From NCBI GenBank assembly GCA_015065165.1, contig SVQU01000009.1, positions 66 through 64,065 on the forward strand: a DNA stretch of 64,000 bases, written 5' to 3'. A program made the position numbers and the translations under genes. Positions 37,533 to 46,960 of this stretch are shown one piece after another; positions within the stretch are counted from its first letter, which is position 1; each line of letters starts with the position of its first letter. The notes under the pieces are model-generated. The model made no database searches. It saw only the letters and a program-made list of their open reading frames with translations, and was not told where the DNA came from. The stretch is from Oscillospiraceae bacterium. Lineage in GTDB: Bacteria; Bacillota; Clostridia; Oscillospirales; CAG-382.

Positions 37533-39746
37533 TTACATTTTATTAACCTGCCGTTGCGCCATAACAAGGCGGTAATATCTGCCCTGCTTACGCATAAGCT
37601 CATCGTGAGAGCCGATTTCCTCAATCTGTCCCTTTTCGAACACAACGATTTTCGTTGCGTTTCGAAGGGTGGAAAGTCTGTGGGCAATTGCAACGGTGGT
37701 ACGTCCGCCCGAAAGCCTTGCGATAGCCTCTTGAATCTGCTTTTCGGTTTCGGTATCCAGCGAGCTGGTTGCCTCGTCGAGAATAAGAATTCTCGGGTTA
37801 CGAAGTATGGCGCGGGCAATGGCAATTCTTTGCTTTTCGCCCCCCGAAAGGGTGTTGCCCCTGTCGCCCACGTAGGTGTTATAGCCGTCGGGCTGTTTCA
37901 TAATAAATTCGTGAGCGTTGGCAAGCTTGGCGGCGCGGATAACCTCGTCGCGGGTGGCATCCGGCTTGGCATAGGCGATATTGGAGAAAATTGTGCCGTT
38001 AAACAGGAAGGTTTCCTGCAATACCACGCCGATTTGGGAACGGCAGGCGTGGGCATCAATATCCCGAAGGTCCACACCGTCGATGGTAAGACTGCCGTCG
38101 TTTATGTCATAAAGCCTTAAAATAAGGTTGGCGGCGGTGGTTTTTCCCACACCGCTTCGTCCCACAAAACCGATAAAGTCGCCCTTGTTTATTTTAAGGT
38201 CGATGTTTTTCAAAACGTATTCGGCATCGTTATATCCAAAGGAAACGTTTTTAAACTCTATGTCGCCGTTTATGTTTTCCATAACCCTGCCTTGGGTTAC
38301 AATTTCGCTTTCCTCGTCAAGAAGCTCGGCAATTTTCGAAAGGGCGGTGGCGGCGCGGGTGATACGTCTGGGCACAAAGGACATCCAACGTATGGGTTGA
38401 TAAATCAAAGCCACGTAGGACAAAAATTGGGTAAGGTCGCCAAGGGTAAAGTTAGGGTTGCCCGAAGTGATAAACGAGGGGTCGCCGATAAGCTCACAGC
38501 CAAGGAAGAAAAGCACCGCGTATTCACCAAAGCTTAAAAGGAATGAAGCAAAGGGAATCGTCAGGTTCCAAATAAGCTCGTTTCTTCGGCTTATGTCGGC
38601 AATACGTTTTGCCGCAACGGCAAAGCGTTCCTCCTCGCGCTTTTCGGTACCGTAGGTTTTAACAACGCGCATACCCGAAAAAACGTCGTGCATTAAAGTA
38701 CCTGCGTCGCTTTCCACGTTCCACTGTCTGCGATAGCGTTTGTGGTTGGAACGGTGGATAAGACGGAACATAACCACCAAAAAAGGAACGGGAATAACCA
38801 CCAAAACAGTAAGACGCCAATTTATTGCAAGCATCATTACCGCAACCGACAAAAGCGTTATACTGTGCTGAATAAGCTCGGGCACAAGCCAGGTTATAAA
38901 CTCGCGAAGCTCGTCGGTATCGCTTGAAACGCGCTTTATAAGCTCGCCCGCGCTTTGCTTGTTAAGGGCGGAAAGCGAAAGGCTTTGAACCTTGGCATAT
39001 ACGTCCTCACGAAGCTTTATAAGAATGTTTTTCGAAGCGAAGGTAACAAAATATCTTCGCAAAGCGTTTATAAGGGCGGCGAAAAGACCGATTAATGCCA
39101 TACCGCCAATAAGCCAGAAGAATCCGCTTTTATCTGTGGGAAAAGGGTCGGCTGTTAAATAATCATCCACAATCGTCTTGTTAAAGAAAGGCAAAACAAG
39201 GTTGGCTGCCGAAACAACCACAAGACAAAGGGCGGCAAGTAAAAGAAGCTTCATTTGCGGCTTTGCATAGGGAACAAGAAGCGCAAAAAGCTTTGCTTTA
39301 GAAGTGTTTTTGCCTTTTTTATTTTCGGGGCGATTTTCCTTTGTTTTGGGTTTGATTTCCTTTTCGCCCTCGTTTGAATTTTCTTTGAGGGCGTTTTCGA
39401 TTTCCTTAACCGCGGCGCGGATCTGGTTGGAAAGCCTCATTTCGGCGCGGCAGATTTCGATTTCACCCTTTTCGGTTTTTGCCTCTACCGAAACACAACC
39501 CCAGTTGTTTACAAAATAAACCTCGTTAATGCTTTCTAAATCGATAACCCTGGTTTCGGGGTTGTCCTTTTCCTTTAAATAAAGCTTTTTCTCAAAAAGG
39601 GCGCAAACACCCAAGACCTTTTGGTTGGTATAGGAAAGGTCGTAGTTAAAAGTATAGGGTTGTGAATTTTCGCCAAGCTCCTTCAAAAGCGCTGTCTTAA
39701 CTGGCTCGAAGGGCGAAGGCTTTTCTTTTTTCTTGAAAAATCTCAT
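37533..39746 (-). CDS. ABC exporter (fused TMD-NBD) with ~150-aa N-terminal cytoplasmic extension
   Basis: 737-aa ORF with six TM helices, Walker A 'GRSGVGKTT', signature 'LSGGEKQR' and Walker B 'ILILDEATS'. The N-terminal 'ALFEKKLYLKE...VSVEAKTEKGEIEICRAEM' segment looks like a small beta-rich (PH-like) domain followed by a Lys/Glu linker. Confidence 0.85.
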   Translation of the reverse strand: MRFFKKKEKPSPFEPVKTALLKELGENSQPYTFNYDLSYTNQKVLGVCALFEKKLYLKEKDNPETRVIDLESINEVYFVNNWGCVSVEAKTEKGEIEICRAEMRLSNQIRAAVKEIENALKENSNEGEKEIKPKTKENRPENKKGKNTSKAKLFALLVPYAKPQMKLLLLAALCLVVVSAANLVLPFFNKTIVDDYLTADPFPTDKSGFFWLIGGMALIGLFAALINALRRYFVTFASKNILIKLREDVYAKVQSLSLSALNKQSAGELIKRVSSDTDELREFITWLVPELIQHSITLLSVAVMMLAINWRLTVLVVIPVPFLVVMFRLIHRSNHKRYRRQWNVESDAGTLMHDVFSGMRVVKTYGTEKREEERFAVAAKRIADISRRNELIWNLTIPFASFLLSFGEYAVLFFLGCELIGDPSFITSGNPNFTLGDLTQFLSYVALIYQPIRWMSFVPRRITRAATALSKIAELLDEESEIVTQGRVMENINGDIEFKNVSFGYNDAEYVLKNIDLKINKGDFIGFVGRSGVGKTTAANLILRLYDINDGSLTIDGVDLRDIDAHACRSQIGVVLQETFLFNGTIFSNIAYAKPDATRDEVIRAAKLANAHEFIMKQPDGYNTYVGDRGNTLSGGEKQRIAIARAILRNPRILILDEATSSLDTETEKQIQEAIARLSGGRTTVAIAHRLSTLRNATKIVVFEKGQIEEIGSHDELMRKQGRYYRLVMAQRQVNKM

Positions 39747-39787
39747 AATAAACCCTAAATAATCCCAAAGGGGATAATAAAACTAAT

Positions 39788-40348
39788 TTAAAGATAAAGC
39801 TCTATCTTTTTATAGCTCTTTTTGTCAAGCTCGGCAACGTTTTGAATTTTGTATCTGTTGCCGTCAACGTCGGTAACAATAACCGTTCCGTCCCCGACCT
39901 TTGCCATATTGCGATAGGTATCGTGGGTGGAGAATGTCATTTCTCCCATATCGGTTTCCACTTCCCAATAGGAATAACCCAATTTATCCTTTAAGGAATT
40001 TATCTTTTTAATAACGGGGCACAGATATTTTCTGTCAAGCTCGTCCGAAATGATTTTTCTTGCGTCCTCGGGAAACTCCGAAAGCTTTAAAATCAACCCG
40101 TATTCTCTGCCGTCCTTATCCAAAACCGAAATAAATTCGTTTGGGGTTTCAAAGGGGAAGCAACGGTGAAAGTAAACCCTGCCGAAATCCTGCTTAACGG
40201 GGGTGTTATCGGCAGAAAGCTCTAAATCGTCATTTCGTTTGGGAATAACCGCCTCCATAGCGGGAAATCCGTTTTGGGTAAGATAAAAACGGGCGTTATC
40301 CTTTGTTAAATATAAAATTTCGGCTAAATCCAAATAATTGTCGCTCAT
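39788..40348 (-). CDS. DUF1854-family protein
   Basis: 186-aa ORF between the two exporter genes. 'VYFHRCFPFETPNEFISVLDKDGREYGLILKLSEFPEDARKIISDELDRKYLCPVIKKI' matches my recollection of the DUF1854 pattern (R..FP...P..fISv.d..g.E...I.dl..l). Confidence 0.6.
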   Translation of the reverse strand: MSDNYLDLAEILYLTKDNARFYLTQNGFPAMEAVIPKRNDDLELSADNTPVKQDFGRVYFHRCFPFETPNEFISVLDKDGREYGLILKLSEFPEDARKIISDELDRKYLCPVIKKINSLKDKLGYSYWEVETDMGEMTFSTHDTYRNMAKVGDGTVIVTDVDGNRYKIQNVAELDKKSYKKIELYL

Positions 40349-40394
40349 AATAACAAATCCTTTTTAAGTTAGATTTGAAGAATCAAAACGGAGA

Positions 40395-42695
40395 TTATTC
40401 CCCGATACCCACGTTTTTCAATGCCTCCGCCTGAAGCTTGTAAAGCTTGTGGTAAACACCCTTTTGCTTTAAAAGCTCCTGCGCCGTACCGCTTTCGGCA
40501 ACCTTGCCGTTTTCAATGGCAACAAGGTTGTCGGCGTTTCGAAGGGTGGAAAGTCTGTGGGCGATTATAACCGTGGTGCGGTTTTTGGTAAGTCTGTCCA
40601 AAGCCGCTTGGATGTTTCTTTCGGTTTGGGTATCCATGGCGGCGGTGGCTTCGTCAAGAATAAGAATCTTCGGGTCGCGAAGCAACGCGCGGGCAATAGA
40701 AACTCTCTGCTTTTCGCCCCCCGAAAGCTCTTTTTTGCCAAATCCGATTTCGGTATTGTAACCGTCGGGCAGTTTAATTATAAAATCGTGGGCAGATGCG
40801 GATTTTGCCGCGTTTATAACCTGCTCTTTTGTTGCATTGGGGCAGGCGTAGCGTATGTTTTCCAAAATACTGCCTCTGAAAAGATAGGTTTCCTGAGAAA
40901 CGATAGCCACGTTTTGTCTTAAATAGTCAAAGGGCAAATCCTTAATATTAACGCCGTCGATAAAAATTCCGCCGCTTTTAACGTCGTAAAGGCGGGTTAA
41001 AAGGTTTGCCAAGGTGCTTTTGCCTGCACCCGTTTGCCCAACAATGCCAAGGGTTTTCCCTGCGGGGATAGAAAAGCTTACATCATCGATAACCTTGCGG
41101 TTTTCCACATAAGAGAAGCAAACGTTTTTGAACTCCACCTCGCCCCTGCTTTCCTTGGGGATAATCGGGTTTTCAGATTCCATAACGTCGGGCTTCGCAT
41201 CGCGGATTTCAAAAAGACGCTGTAATGCGTTAAGAGTCTGGCTCCACCAGTTGGTAACGTCCGCCAATTGCTCGATAGGGCCGTATATAAGGGCAAAATA
41301 GCCGATAAATGCCATTAATCTGCCGTAGGACATATCCCCAACGGAGTTCATAACCTGCCAACCGCCCACGCCCCAAACCACGTAAGAGCCAATCCGAAGC
41401 AAATAGTGAAGCAGAGGGAACACTCTCGCATCCCAAACGCGAATATCGTTCCAGGTTTCGGCGGCTTCGCGGCTTCGGCGGTCAAAGCGTTTTATCTCCT
41501 CGTCCTCGCGGGAGAAGGTTTTTACAACCCTCATACCGTTTAAAACGTCGGAAATAAGCGAGTTTAACGAGCGCGATTTGGAATAACCCTTCGCGTGGAG
41601 CTTGGAGAACATATTGTGTATACTGCGGAAGGATACGAAAAATATAGGAACGGTTATAAAGGTATAAAGGGCAAGCAGGGTGTTTTGGGCGAACATAACC
41701 GCCATAATAACCAACAACTGCAAAACGTTCATCACCAAAAAGGGGAACCCGTCGCAGAAGAACCAATAAAGTGTAAGGCTGTCGCTGTTAACCTGTGTCA
41801 TCAATCCGCCGGTTTGACGGTTGGTAAAGAAACCCAGCGAAAGGTCGCTTATGGTGTTGAATATCATCTTTTTAAGGTCGTAAGTAACCTTTGCCGCAAC
41901 GGTAGAGCTTATCGCCCCCGACAAAAGGTTAATAAACAGCGAAAGAACCCTTACGGCAACGATAAGCATAACTATTTTCAAAACGTCCGCCGCCGTGGAA
42001 TTGATATTGCCCAAAACGTCATCATAAAGAAGCTCGTTGCTGATATAAGGGGTTACAACCGCCAGCCCTGCCATAAGGGCAAAGGAAAGAATTATCATAA
42101 GCATAGAGCTTTTATATCTGAAGAACAAAACCGAAAGCCGTTTTACAAGCCTTGCCGTGTCGGCGCAGTGAGGGCAAACCTTCAATTCTCCGTCGGGATA
42201 TCTGCGCTTACATTTAGGGCAGCAGTGCTTTTTATAATCCTCTGCCCCGTAAACCTCTTCTTCAAGCTCGCCCTTGGATTTCAAATCGTTAACGGCGCGG
42301 CAAAATACACCTGCGGAATGCTTGCAAGCCGAGGTAAAGTTGAAAAGAAGCAAGGATTCGCCCTCTGCTTGGGCAACCACTCTGCCCGTGGAAATAAGCT
42401 GTTCGACAATAGGATTTTCGATTTCTTCAAGAGAAATTGTTTCAAAACGGGAAATTCTCAAATCCTCGTTTCGCACACTTCTTCCCGAAAGGTCCTTTCC
42501 TGCCGAGGTGAAAACGGTAAGGGATTCCAAAATTATAAATCTGTCTTTAAAAAGGGCGATAACTCCGTCCCCTAAATTGCCGTCCTTATGCATATCCAAA
42601 CGCAACACCAAAAGGGCATCCGTCAAAGGTGTGCCCCGGTTTGCAAAATATGCTTTTATATTGTCGGGTATAAGGTCGGTAAAAACGGTTTTCAT
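40395..42695 (-). CDS. ABC exporter (fused TMD-NBD) with N-terminal PH-like domain + Cys4 zinc ribbon
   Basis: The track ORF is 874 aa. I trimmed it to ATG 42695 ('MKTVFTDLIP...'), giving 766 aa. Zinc ribbon 'CCPKCKRRYPDGELKVCPHC' (about 42165-42221). Walker A 'GQTGAGKST', signature 'LSGGEKQR', Walker B 'ILILDEATA'. Confidence 0.85.
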   Translation of the reverse strand: MKTVFTDLIPDNIKAYFANRGTPLTDALLVLRLDMHKDGNLGDGVIALFKDRFIILESLTVFTSAGKDLSGRSVRNEDLRISRFETISLEEIENPIVEQLISTGRVVAQAEGESLLLFNFTSACKHSAGVFCRAVNDLKSKGELEEEVYGAEDYKKHCCPKCKRRYPDGELKVCPHCADTARLVKRLSVLFFRYKSSMLMIILSFALMAGLAVVTPYISNELLYDDVLGNINSTAADVLKIVMLIVAVRVLSLFINLLSGAISSTVAAKVTYDLKKMIFNTISDLSLGFFTNRQTGGLMTQVNSDSLTLYWFFCDGFPFLVMNVLQLLVIMAVMFAQNTLLALYTFITVPIFFVSFRSIHNMFSKLHAKGYSKSRSLNSLISDVLNGMRVVKTFSREDEEIKRFDRRSREAAETWNDIRVWDARVFPLLHYLLRIGSYVVWGVGGWQVMNSVGDMSYGRLMAFIGYFALIYGPIEQLADVTNWWSQTLNALQRLFEIRDAKPDVMESENPIIPKESRGEVEFKNVCFSYVENRKVIDDVSFSIPAGKTLGIVGQTGAGKSTLANLLTRLYDVKSGGIFIDGVNIKDLPFDYLRQNVAIVSQETYLFRGSILENIRYACPNATKEQVINAAKSASAHDFIIKLPDGYNTEIGFGKKELSGGEKQRVSIARALLRDPKILILDEATAAMDTQTERNIQAALDRLTKNRTTVIIAHRLSTLRNADNLVAIENGKVAESGTAQELLKQKGVYHKLYKLQAEALKNVGIGE

Positions 42696-42884
42696 TTTAT
42701 AAACCCTTTTCGTGAAATAAAAACTTACTGCATAATTTATTACAAAACATATTTTACACCCCGAACCCCCAAAAATCAATATAAAATCCGCGAAAAACTT
42801 AAGAAAAAACCCCAATTTGGGGGTTGAAAAACACGGTTTGTTGTGATAGAATGGCTGTATATAACGTTTTGGAGTAGATGTCTT

Positions 42885-43931
42885 ATGGTAAATATAGCAA
42901 TTCTCGGCTTCGGCACGGTTGGCGGCGGCGTTTATGAGGTTATCAGCCACGCAAATAAAAAAACCTTGTCCGAAGTAAATATTAAATACATTCTCGACCT
43001 CCGCACCTTCCCCGACCATCCTCTTGCAGACAGAGTTACCTCTGATTTCGACAAGATTCTTGCGGACGAAACCGTTTCTATCGTTGTAGAAACCATGGGC
43101 GGTACGGGCGCGGCTTATAAATTCAGCCTTGCGGCTTTACAGGCAGGCAAAAGCGTTGTTACCTCTAACAAAGCTTGCGTTGATAAATACGGCGCGGAAT
43201 TAGAGCGTGTTGCGGTTGAAAACGGCGCGGTTTATCTTTACGAAGCCAGCGTCGGCGGCGGTATTCCCGTTATCGCGCCCCTTAAGGATTGCTTCACGGG
43301 GGACGATATACTTCGCGTTGCGGGTATACTTAACGGTACAACAAACTATATTTTAACTCATATGCAGTCCGAGGGCAAAACCCTTGAGGAAGCATTGAAA
43401 ATCGCTCAGGAACTCGGCTATGCCGAGGCAGACCCCCACGCAGACCTTGCGGGCTTGGATTCTGCGAGAAAAATCGCTATCCTTGCGGGCATCGCCTTTG
43501 ATAAATACATTTCCTACGAAAGCGTTTCTTATATCGAGGGTATCGAAAACGTAACCAGCGAGGATATCCGCCTTGCCGAGGAAATGGGTTGTGTTATCCG
43601 CCTTATCGCAAAGGCAGAAAAGAAGGGCGACAAGGCATCCCTTTTGGTTGCGCCTCACTTGGTTGCAAGCACAAGCCTTTTCCACGCTATCCGCGAAGCA
43701 TTTAACGCAGTGAGCGTTACCGGCAGTGCCGTTGGCGAGGTTGTTTTCTACGGTCAGGGCGCAGGTAGCCTTCCCACCGCGGCGGCTGTTTGTGCGGATA
43801 TTGCCCGTGTTGCTTCGGGTACGGGCGTTACCACTGTTCGTAAGGAATGCGAAGCCGATTTCTTGGTTGAAGCAACCGACGAAAAGTTTGTAACCCTTAA
43901 AAACGGCAAGAAATATAGATATTTCGAATAA
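42885..43931 (+). CDS. hom: homoserine dehydrogenase (short form, no obvious ACT domain)
   Basis: Start trimmed to ATG 42885 ('MVNIAILGFGTVGGGVYEV'). Motifs 'VTSNKA', 'YEASVGGGIPVI', 'ILNGTTNYILT' and 'GYAEADP'. Confidence 0.88.
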   Translation: MVNIAILGFGTVGGGVYEVISHANKKTLSEVNIKYILDLRTFPDHPLADRVTSDFDKILADETVSIVVETMGGTGAAYKFSLAALQAGKSVVTSNKACVDKYGAELERVAVENGAVYLYEASVGGGIPVIAPLKDCFTGDDILRVAGILNGTTNYILTHMQSEGKTLEEALKIAQELGYAEADPHADLAGLDSARKIAILAGIAFDKYISYESVSYIEGIENVTSEDIRLAEEMGCVIRLIAKAEKKGDKASLLVAPHLVASTSLFHAIREAFNAVSVTGSAVGEVVFYGQGAGSLPTAAAVCADIARVASGTGVTTVRKECEADFLVEATDEKFVTLKNGKKYRYFE

Positions 43932-43949
43932 TTTAAGCGATTTTATATT

Positions 43950-43979
43950 AGACAGAGGTTTTTGCCTCTGTCTTTTTTT
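43950..43979 (+). terminator. rho-independent terminator after hom
   Basis: AGACAGAGG-TTTTTG-CCTCTGTCT followed by TTTTTTT. Confidence 0.75.
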
Positions 43980-44120
43980 GCGATGCGGGTGGATTCAACT
44001 TTGCAAGTCTCTTACGTGCGAGAATTTTTGGCGGTCGATTCTTGAATCGCCCTTACTCTTGCTCTCGCTGAAAATTTAATTTGTTGGGGAACACCACTAT
44101 AAATAAAAATGATAAAACAC

Positions 44121-44156
44121 AAAAAACAAACGGCAGAAGAAAATCTCTGCCGTTTT
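44121..44156 (-). terminator. rho-independent terminator after proA
   Basis: On the minus strand: AAACGGCAGAG-ATTTTCT-TCTGCCGTTT followed by GTTTTTT. Confidence 0.7.
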
Positions 44157-44161
44157 GCGTG

Positions 44162-45391
44162 TTATCTAATTTGTCCGTTGCCGTTGATTACGTATTTATA
44201 TGTGGTCATTTCAGAAAGCCCCATAGGACCGCGGGCATGCATTTTCTGGGTAGAAATGCCGATTTCCGCACCAAAGCCGAATTCCTCGCCGTCGGTAAAG
44301 CGGGTGGAGGCGTTAACGTATACCGCCGCCGCATCAACGGTGTTGCAGAAAAGAAGCGCATTTTCTTGGTTTTGGGTGATAATCGCCTCGCTGTGCCCCG
44401 TACCGTGGATATTTATGTGGGAAATCGCTTCTTCGGTGCTTTCCACAACCTTAACGGTGAGAATGTAATCGTTATATTCCGTAAAGAAATCCTCATTAGT
44501 GGCGGGGGTGATATCCCCAAGAATTTCAAGGGTTTTTTCGCAACCGCGAAGCTCTACGTTGTCAAGCCTTTCCTTAACCAAGGGCAAAATTGTGTTTGCG
44601 ATATTTTTGTGCACCAATAAGCTTTCAGCCGCGTTGCAAACCGAGGGGCGGGAGCGTTTTGCGTTGTCGATAACGTCAAGTGCGGTTTTTACGTCCGCGC
44701 TTTCGTCGAAATAAATATGGCAATTTCCCGCGCCCGTTTCAATAACGGGGACGGTGGCATTGTCAACTACCGAGCGAATAAGCGATTTGCCGCCGCGGGG
44801 GATAAGTAAATCGATACCGCCCTTCATTTTCATCAATGCGTTGGCGGTTTCTCTGGAGGTGTCGGTTACAATCTGAACACATTCCTTGGGCAGACCAACA
44901 CTTGAAATCGCATCTGCAAGGACGTTGGCAATGGCGATATTAGAGTTTATCGCCTCTTTGCCGCCGCGAAGTATAACCGCGTTGCCCGATTTAACACACA
45001 AAGCCGCCGCATCCGCCGTAACGTTGGGGCGCGCCTCGTAAATAATGGCGATAACTCCAAAGGGAACTCTCTTTTTAACAATTTTAAGTCCGTTGGGACG
45101 TTCCCATTCCTCGCAGCTTGACAAAGGGTCGGGAAGAGCGATAACCTTTAAAACTGCCTTGGAAATAGCCTCGATTCGTTGGCTGTTAAGTGTCAATCTG
45201 TCTATCATCGCATCCGAAATGCCGTTTTCCTTTGCTTTTTCCAAATCGGCTTGGTTTGCTTTAATAATTTCATCCTGGCGGGCGATTAATGCCTTCGCCA
45301 TGGCTTCGAGGGCAAGATTTCTCTTTTCGCCGTTGCAGTTTCCCAAAACGGCAGAGGCCCTTTTTGCGTTTTCACACATTAATTTAAGCAT
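44162..45391 (-). CDS. proA: glutamate-5-semialdehyde dehydrogenase (gamma-glutamyl phosphate reductase)
   Basis: Start taken at ATG 45391 ('MLKLMCENAKRA...'), overlapping the proB stop. Aldehyde-dehydrogenase-fold motifs 'IIPRGG'-like ('LLIPRGGKSLI') and 'NASTRFTDG'. Confidence 0.92.
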   Translation of the reverse strand: MLKLMCENAKRASAVLGNCNGEKRNLALEAMAKALIARQDEIIKANQADLEKAKENGISDAMIDRLTLNSQRIEAISKAVLKVIALPDPLSSCEEWERPNGLKIVKKRVPFGVIAIIYEARPNVTADAAALCVKSGNAVILRGGKEAINSNIAIANVLADAISSVGLPKECVQIVTDTSRETANALMKMKGGIDLLIPRGGKSLIRSVVDNATVPVIETGAGNCHIYFDESADVKTALDVIDNAKRSRPSVCNAAESLLVHKNIANTILPLVKERLDNVELRGCEKTLEILGDITPATNEDFFTEYNDYILTVKVVESTEEAISHINIHGTGHSEAIITQNQENALLFCNTVDAAAVYVNASTRFTDGEEFGFGAEIGISTQKMHARGPMGLSEMTTYKYVINGNGQIR

Positions 45392-46187
45392 TGGCGTTCT
45401 CCTTTGCGGCGAAATACGTACCGACAAATTCGCCGTCGAATATATCGTAAAGAATTTCGGGGTCCGCGCCGTTGCAGATAATCATAGGTATACCTCTTTC
45501 GGTGGTATATTTTGCGCTTTCAAGCTTGGCTGTCATACCGCCGGTGCCTCTTGCCGTACCCGCGCCACTACCAAACGAAGAAATCGTGTCGTCAATTTCG
45601 GCAACGTATTCTATAAACTTGGCGTCCTTGTTGCTTCTGGGGTCGGAATCGTAAAGACCGTCCACGTCGGACATATTAATAAGCAAATCGGCGTTACTTA
45701 AAACCGCAACCGTTGCCGCAAGGGTATCGTTACTTCCTATGTTAATCTGCTCGTCGGAAATGGTGTCGTTTTCGTTAACGATAGGGATAATGCCTTGCTC
45801 AAGCAAAATTTTAATGGTGGTGCTTGCGTGGGCACGGCGGTCCTTTTGGTCGATAACACCGCGGGTTAGCAAAATTTGGGCGATGTTCGTGCCGAAATCG
45901 GCAAATCTGCGGGCGTACATATCTATAAGCTGACATTGTCCCACAGCCGCCGCCGCTTGCTTTTGCTCGGTGGTGAGGGTTTCGCGGCGGAAGCCGATTT
46001 TTGCAAGACCGCAGCTTACCGCACCCGAGGAAACCAAAATAACGTCCTTACCGCTGTTGTGTAAATCGGCAAGAATCGAAACGATTTTTTCTATTTTGCG
46101 GATATTTATATATCCCGAATTGTGGGTCAGGGTAGAGGAGCCCACCTTTATAACTATTCTTTTGAAATTTTCGGTTGATATTTTCAT
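45384..46187 (-). CDS. proB: glutamate 5-kinase (short form without PUA domain)
   Basis: 267-aa ORF with 'RIVIKVGSSTLT', 'VILVSSGAV' and 'IPIVNENDT'. Confidence 0.92.
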   Translation of the reverse strand: MKISTENFKRIVIKVGSSTLTHNSGYINIRKIEKIVSILADLHNSGKDVILVSSGAVSCGLAKIGFRRETLTTEQKQAAAAVGQCQLIDMYARRFADFGTNIAQILLTRGVIDQKDRRAHASTTIKILLEQGIIPIVNENDTISDEQINIGSNDTLAATVAVLSNADLLINMSDVDGLYDSDPRSNKDAKFIEYVAEIDDTISSFGSGAGTARGTGGMTAKLESAKYTTERGIPMIICNGADPEILYDIFDGEFVGTYFAAKENANA

Positions 46188-46283
46188 TTTTTCACCTATA
46201 ATATATAACGTGCTGTTAATTCTGCATTATAATATAAATGAAATAAACAATCAAGAGATTTTAAAAATTTAAAGAGGCAAACA

Positions 46284-46874
46284 ATGAAAAAAACACTTAT
46301 ACTTGCTTCCGCATCGCCCAGAAGAAGAGAACTGCTTTCGGTTGCGGGGTATGAATTTGAAATTATGCCCTCGGGGGCAGAGGAAATCGAAAAGGGGATT
46401 CCCGCCAAGGACCTTGCGGTTAAAAATGCCCTTGCCAAGGCAAGGGACGTGTATAAGCAAAGCAACGGGGAATCGGTTGTTATCGGCGCGGATACCGTTG
46501 TTTGCGTTGGCGACCGAGTTTTGGGCAAGCCCAAAAGCAGAGAACACGCAAAGGAAATGCTTATAATGTTATCGGGCAGTGAGCACAGCGTTATAACGGG
46601 TTATGCCGTTGTGGGCAAGGATGGGGAAAAATCGGGCTATTGCGAAACTATCGTTAAATTCCGCCACCTTACCGAAACGGAAATAGACAGCTATATCGCC
46701 ACGGGAGAATGCGATGACAAGGCAGGGGCATACGGTATTCAGGAAAGAGCAAGCCTGTTTGTTCAGGGCATTTCTGGGGATTATTTTAACGTTATGGGTC
46801 TGCCTGTGGCAAGCCTGTATCCTATACTTTCGGATTTTGGCATTTTGCCGAATTGGCAAAAAGTTCTTGGATGA
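46284..46874 (+). CDS. maf: Maf-like nucleoside triphosphate pyrophosphatase
   Basis: 196-aa ORF with 'LILASASPRRRELL', 'VIGADTVV' and 'DKAGAYGIQ'. Confidence 0.92.
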   Translation: MKKTLILASASPRRRELLSVAGYEFEIMPSGAEEIEKGIPAKDLAVKNALAKARDVYKQSNGESVVIGADTVVCVGDRVLGKPKSREHAKEMLIMLSGSEHSVITGYAVVGKDGEKSGYCETIVKFRHLTETEIDSYIATGECDDKAGAYGIQERASLFVQGISGDYFNVMGLPVASLYPILSDFGILPNWQKVLG

Positions 46875-46888
46875 ATCGTGCAAAGATA

Positions 46889-46917
46889 TTGACATAAGAA
46901 AATTATTTTTGTATAAT
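46889..46917 (+). promoter_or_regulatory. consensus sigma-A promoter for the 46961 gene
   Basis: TTGACA (46889-46894), 17-nt spacer, TATAAT (46912-46917). Confidence 0.6.
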
Positions 46918-46960
46918 AAATAGGAACGTAAAAAAACGTAAAATAAAAGGAGAATTAACC

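Noticed and set aside
42696-43019. N-terminal 108 codons of the 874-aa ORF 40395-43019, and the first 14 codons of ORF 42843-43931
   Set aside because: The extensions cross the divergent promoter region and overlap each other. The internal ATGs at 42695 and 42885 start recognisable domains.
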